Positions 62,865 to 64,000 of a stretch of DNA of 64,000 bases are shown piece after piece. The translations under genes and the position numbers were made by a program. Source of the stretch: an uncultured Pseudomonadales bacterium (lineage in GTDB: Bacteria > Patescibacteriota > Microgenomatia > UBA1400 > UBA12028); contig CAZWPK010000002.1 of the NCBI GenBank assembly GCA_964635905.1, positions 77,621-141,620 on the forward strand. The letters run 5' to 3'. The notes beneath the pieces are model-generated. The model did no database searches and was not told where the DNA came from. It worked only from the letters and a program-made list of their open reading frames with translations. Within the stretch, counting starts at the first letter, position 1, and every line of letters starts with the position of its first letter.

Positions 62865-64000
62865 TTATTTTAGGAAAGGGAGTGGAAACGGTAACTTCCC
62901 ATGCATTCTGGTAAACCAATCTAACCCCAAATAGAGCATTGAACCGGAAAAGAGAACGGTTCCGCTGCCAATGGCAATGACTGCGGGTACGACGGTCGCT
63001 TTCGCAGATGAACTAGCTTCTGGGATCTCTTTTTCACGATGTGCTTCAATCTCACTTGTCCCTAGAATCTGACCGAATGGCTCAATTGTTTGAGCACTTT
63101 GACTGCTTCCAGGGGTTTGTTGTGTAAGAGCTGCTTGCGTGGGTGATGGAGTAGAGGTCGAGCTAGGACTTAATGATGCCGACGCTGAAGCTGTTGGGGA
63201 GGGTGTCGGCGTTGGAGTTGTCACCGTATTTGGCCCATTTTTAGTCGGGGTTCCAGTCTCTTTCCAATCTGTTCCACTCTTTGCAAATGAGAAGCCTTTC
63301 TTGCAACTGACAGTATAGGAATACTCATCTACCTTTTCCTTTGCCCCATTGTGTAGTCGAACTGTGTCCCCGGTGTTCGTTAACATGCCGATATCAAATT
63401 CCAAAATCTCAATGATGCGATACGATTTTGCAGGAATGAGTAATTCTTTGATCGGTTGGGTGTGATTATCTTTATCTTTTATTTCCCAGTTGATTAACTT
63501 CACTTCCGCCTCATTTCCGTTATAAACCTCAATCCATTCGTGCTCATCCTCCATCTGACAGGCATAGACTTCAGATAAAGAGATCCCGGTTGGTTGGATG
63601 ACGATAGTGGGTGTCGGTGTTGGTGTCGGTGTGGGAGAGGAAGCAGGGGTTGCACTGGAACTGGGTGTTGGAGTTCCAACGAGTAAAGTGACCGGTTCAC
63701 TCGTTAGGGTAATTGGAAGTAATTGGTCCGAAGGGACATAGGACTGTTTGCTATCTGTCTGGATCCAGGTAGTTCCTGAACGTTGCCAAGAATTGGACAT
63801 GAAGTCACAGCCTTTAAACAAGTTTCCAGTTTCTCCATAGGAAAAACTCTCGACAGTCGTCCCGTCGCGCTTTAGATACACGATATCGGTATCGGCATTA
63901 TAGATGCCTCTGGTTGCCGGTATCTCGACATAGATAATCTTTCCTGCCGGGATCACTGCATTAAGATAATAGGTATTGGTCGCACTACCCAACTCATCTG
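62865..64000 (-). CDS. Lamin-tail-domain surface protein with Thr/Pro/Ser-rich linkers and a C-terminal TM anchor (5' end outside the window)
   Basis: ISLSEVY...EWIEVYN...LINWEIKD...LTNTGDTVRL...TPTK (lamin-tail pattern), (TP)n linkers, GQILG, hydrophobic C-terminal helix. Confidence 0.75.
   Translation of the reverse strand, partial: DELGSATNTYYLNAVIPAGKIIYVEIPATRGIYNADTDIVYLKRDGTTVESFSYGETGNLFKGCDFMSNSWQRSGTTWIQTDSKQSYVPSDQLLPITLTSEPVTLLVGTPTPSSSATPASSPTPTPTPTPTIVIQPTGISLSEVYACQMEDEHEWIEVYNGNEAEVKLINWEIKDKDNHTQPIKELLIPAKSYRIIEILEFDIGMLTNTGDTVRLHNGAKEKVDEYSYTVSCKKGFSFAKSGTDWKETGTPTKNGPNTVTTPTPTPSPTASASASLSPSSTSTPSPTQAALTQQTPGSSQSAQTIEPFGQILGTSEIEAHREKEIPEASSSAKATVVPAVIAIGSGTVLFSGSMLYLGLDWFTRMHGKLPFPLPFLK
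63130..63228 (-). repeat. Low-complexity coding tract (TTPTPTPSPTASASASLSPSSTSTPSPT)
   Basis: Seen in the translation; synonymous codons vary. Confidence 0.6.
63608..63678 (-). repeat. Low-complexity coding tract (TPTPSSSATPASSPTPTPTPTPT) with imperfect 6-bp DNA repeats
   Basis: ggtgtcggtgttggtgtcggtgtgg on the + strand. Confidence 0.6.

Overview
A gene-dense bacterial window (standard code 11; TGA is used as stop in many ATGA overlaps) filled almost entirely by one ~61 kb cell-surface glycosylation locus. Its make-up suggests Patescibacteria/CPR (Microgenomates-like), which is an inference. It encodes about 16 multi-TM GT-C-fold glycosyltransferases, three polyprenol-phosphate-sugar synthases (one paired with DUF2304, one fused to GtrA), about 14 soluble GT2/GT4 enzymes and two Wzx-type flippases. 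Nucleotide-sugar enzymes are Gmd, Rmd, Fcl/ColC-like, a ColD-like 3-dehydratase, Ugd and a GalE-like epimerase. Tailoring enzymes are an AsnB-type amidotransferase, an acetyltransferase and two methyltransferase domains. Interspersed genes are an HD-domain protein, a Nudix hydrolase, a 2H-like protein, DUF1653, sodA and greA; the right end has trmD, vanZ and a Thr/Pro-rich lamin-tail surface protein. Notable points: a probable colitose pathway, a GT-C/methyltransferase fusion that hinges on one homopolymer base, recurrent leaderless-type promoters, an untracked 51-aa membrane peptide, and an orphan with a protein-glutaminase-like Cys-His-Asp triad. No RNA genes, CRISPR arrays or mobile elements were recognised. 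All calls rest on motif recognition by eye, not database searches.
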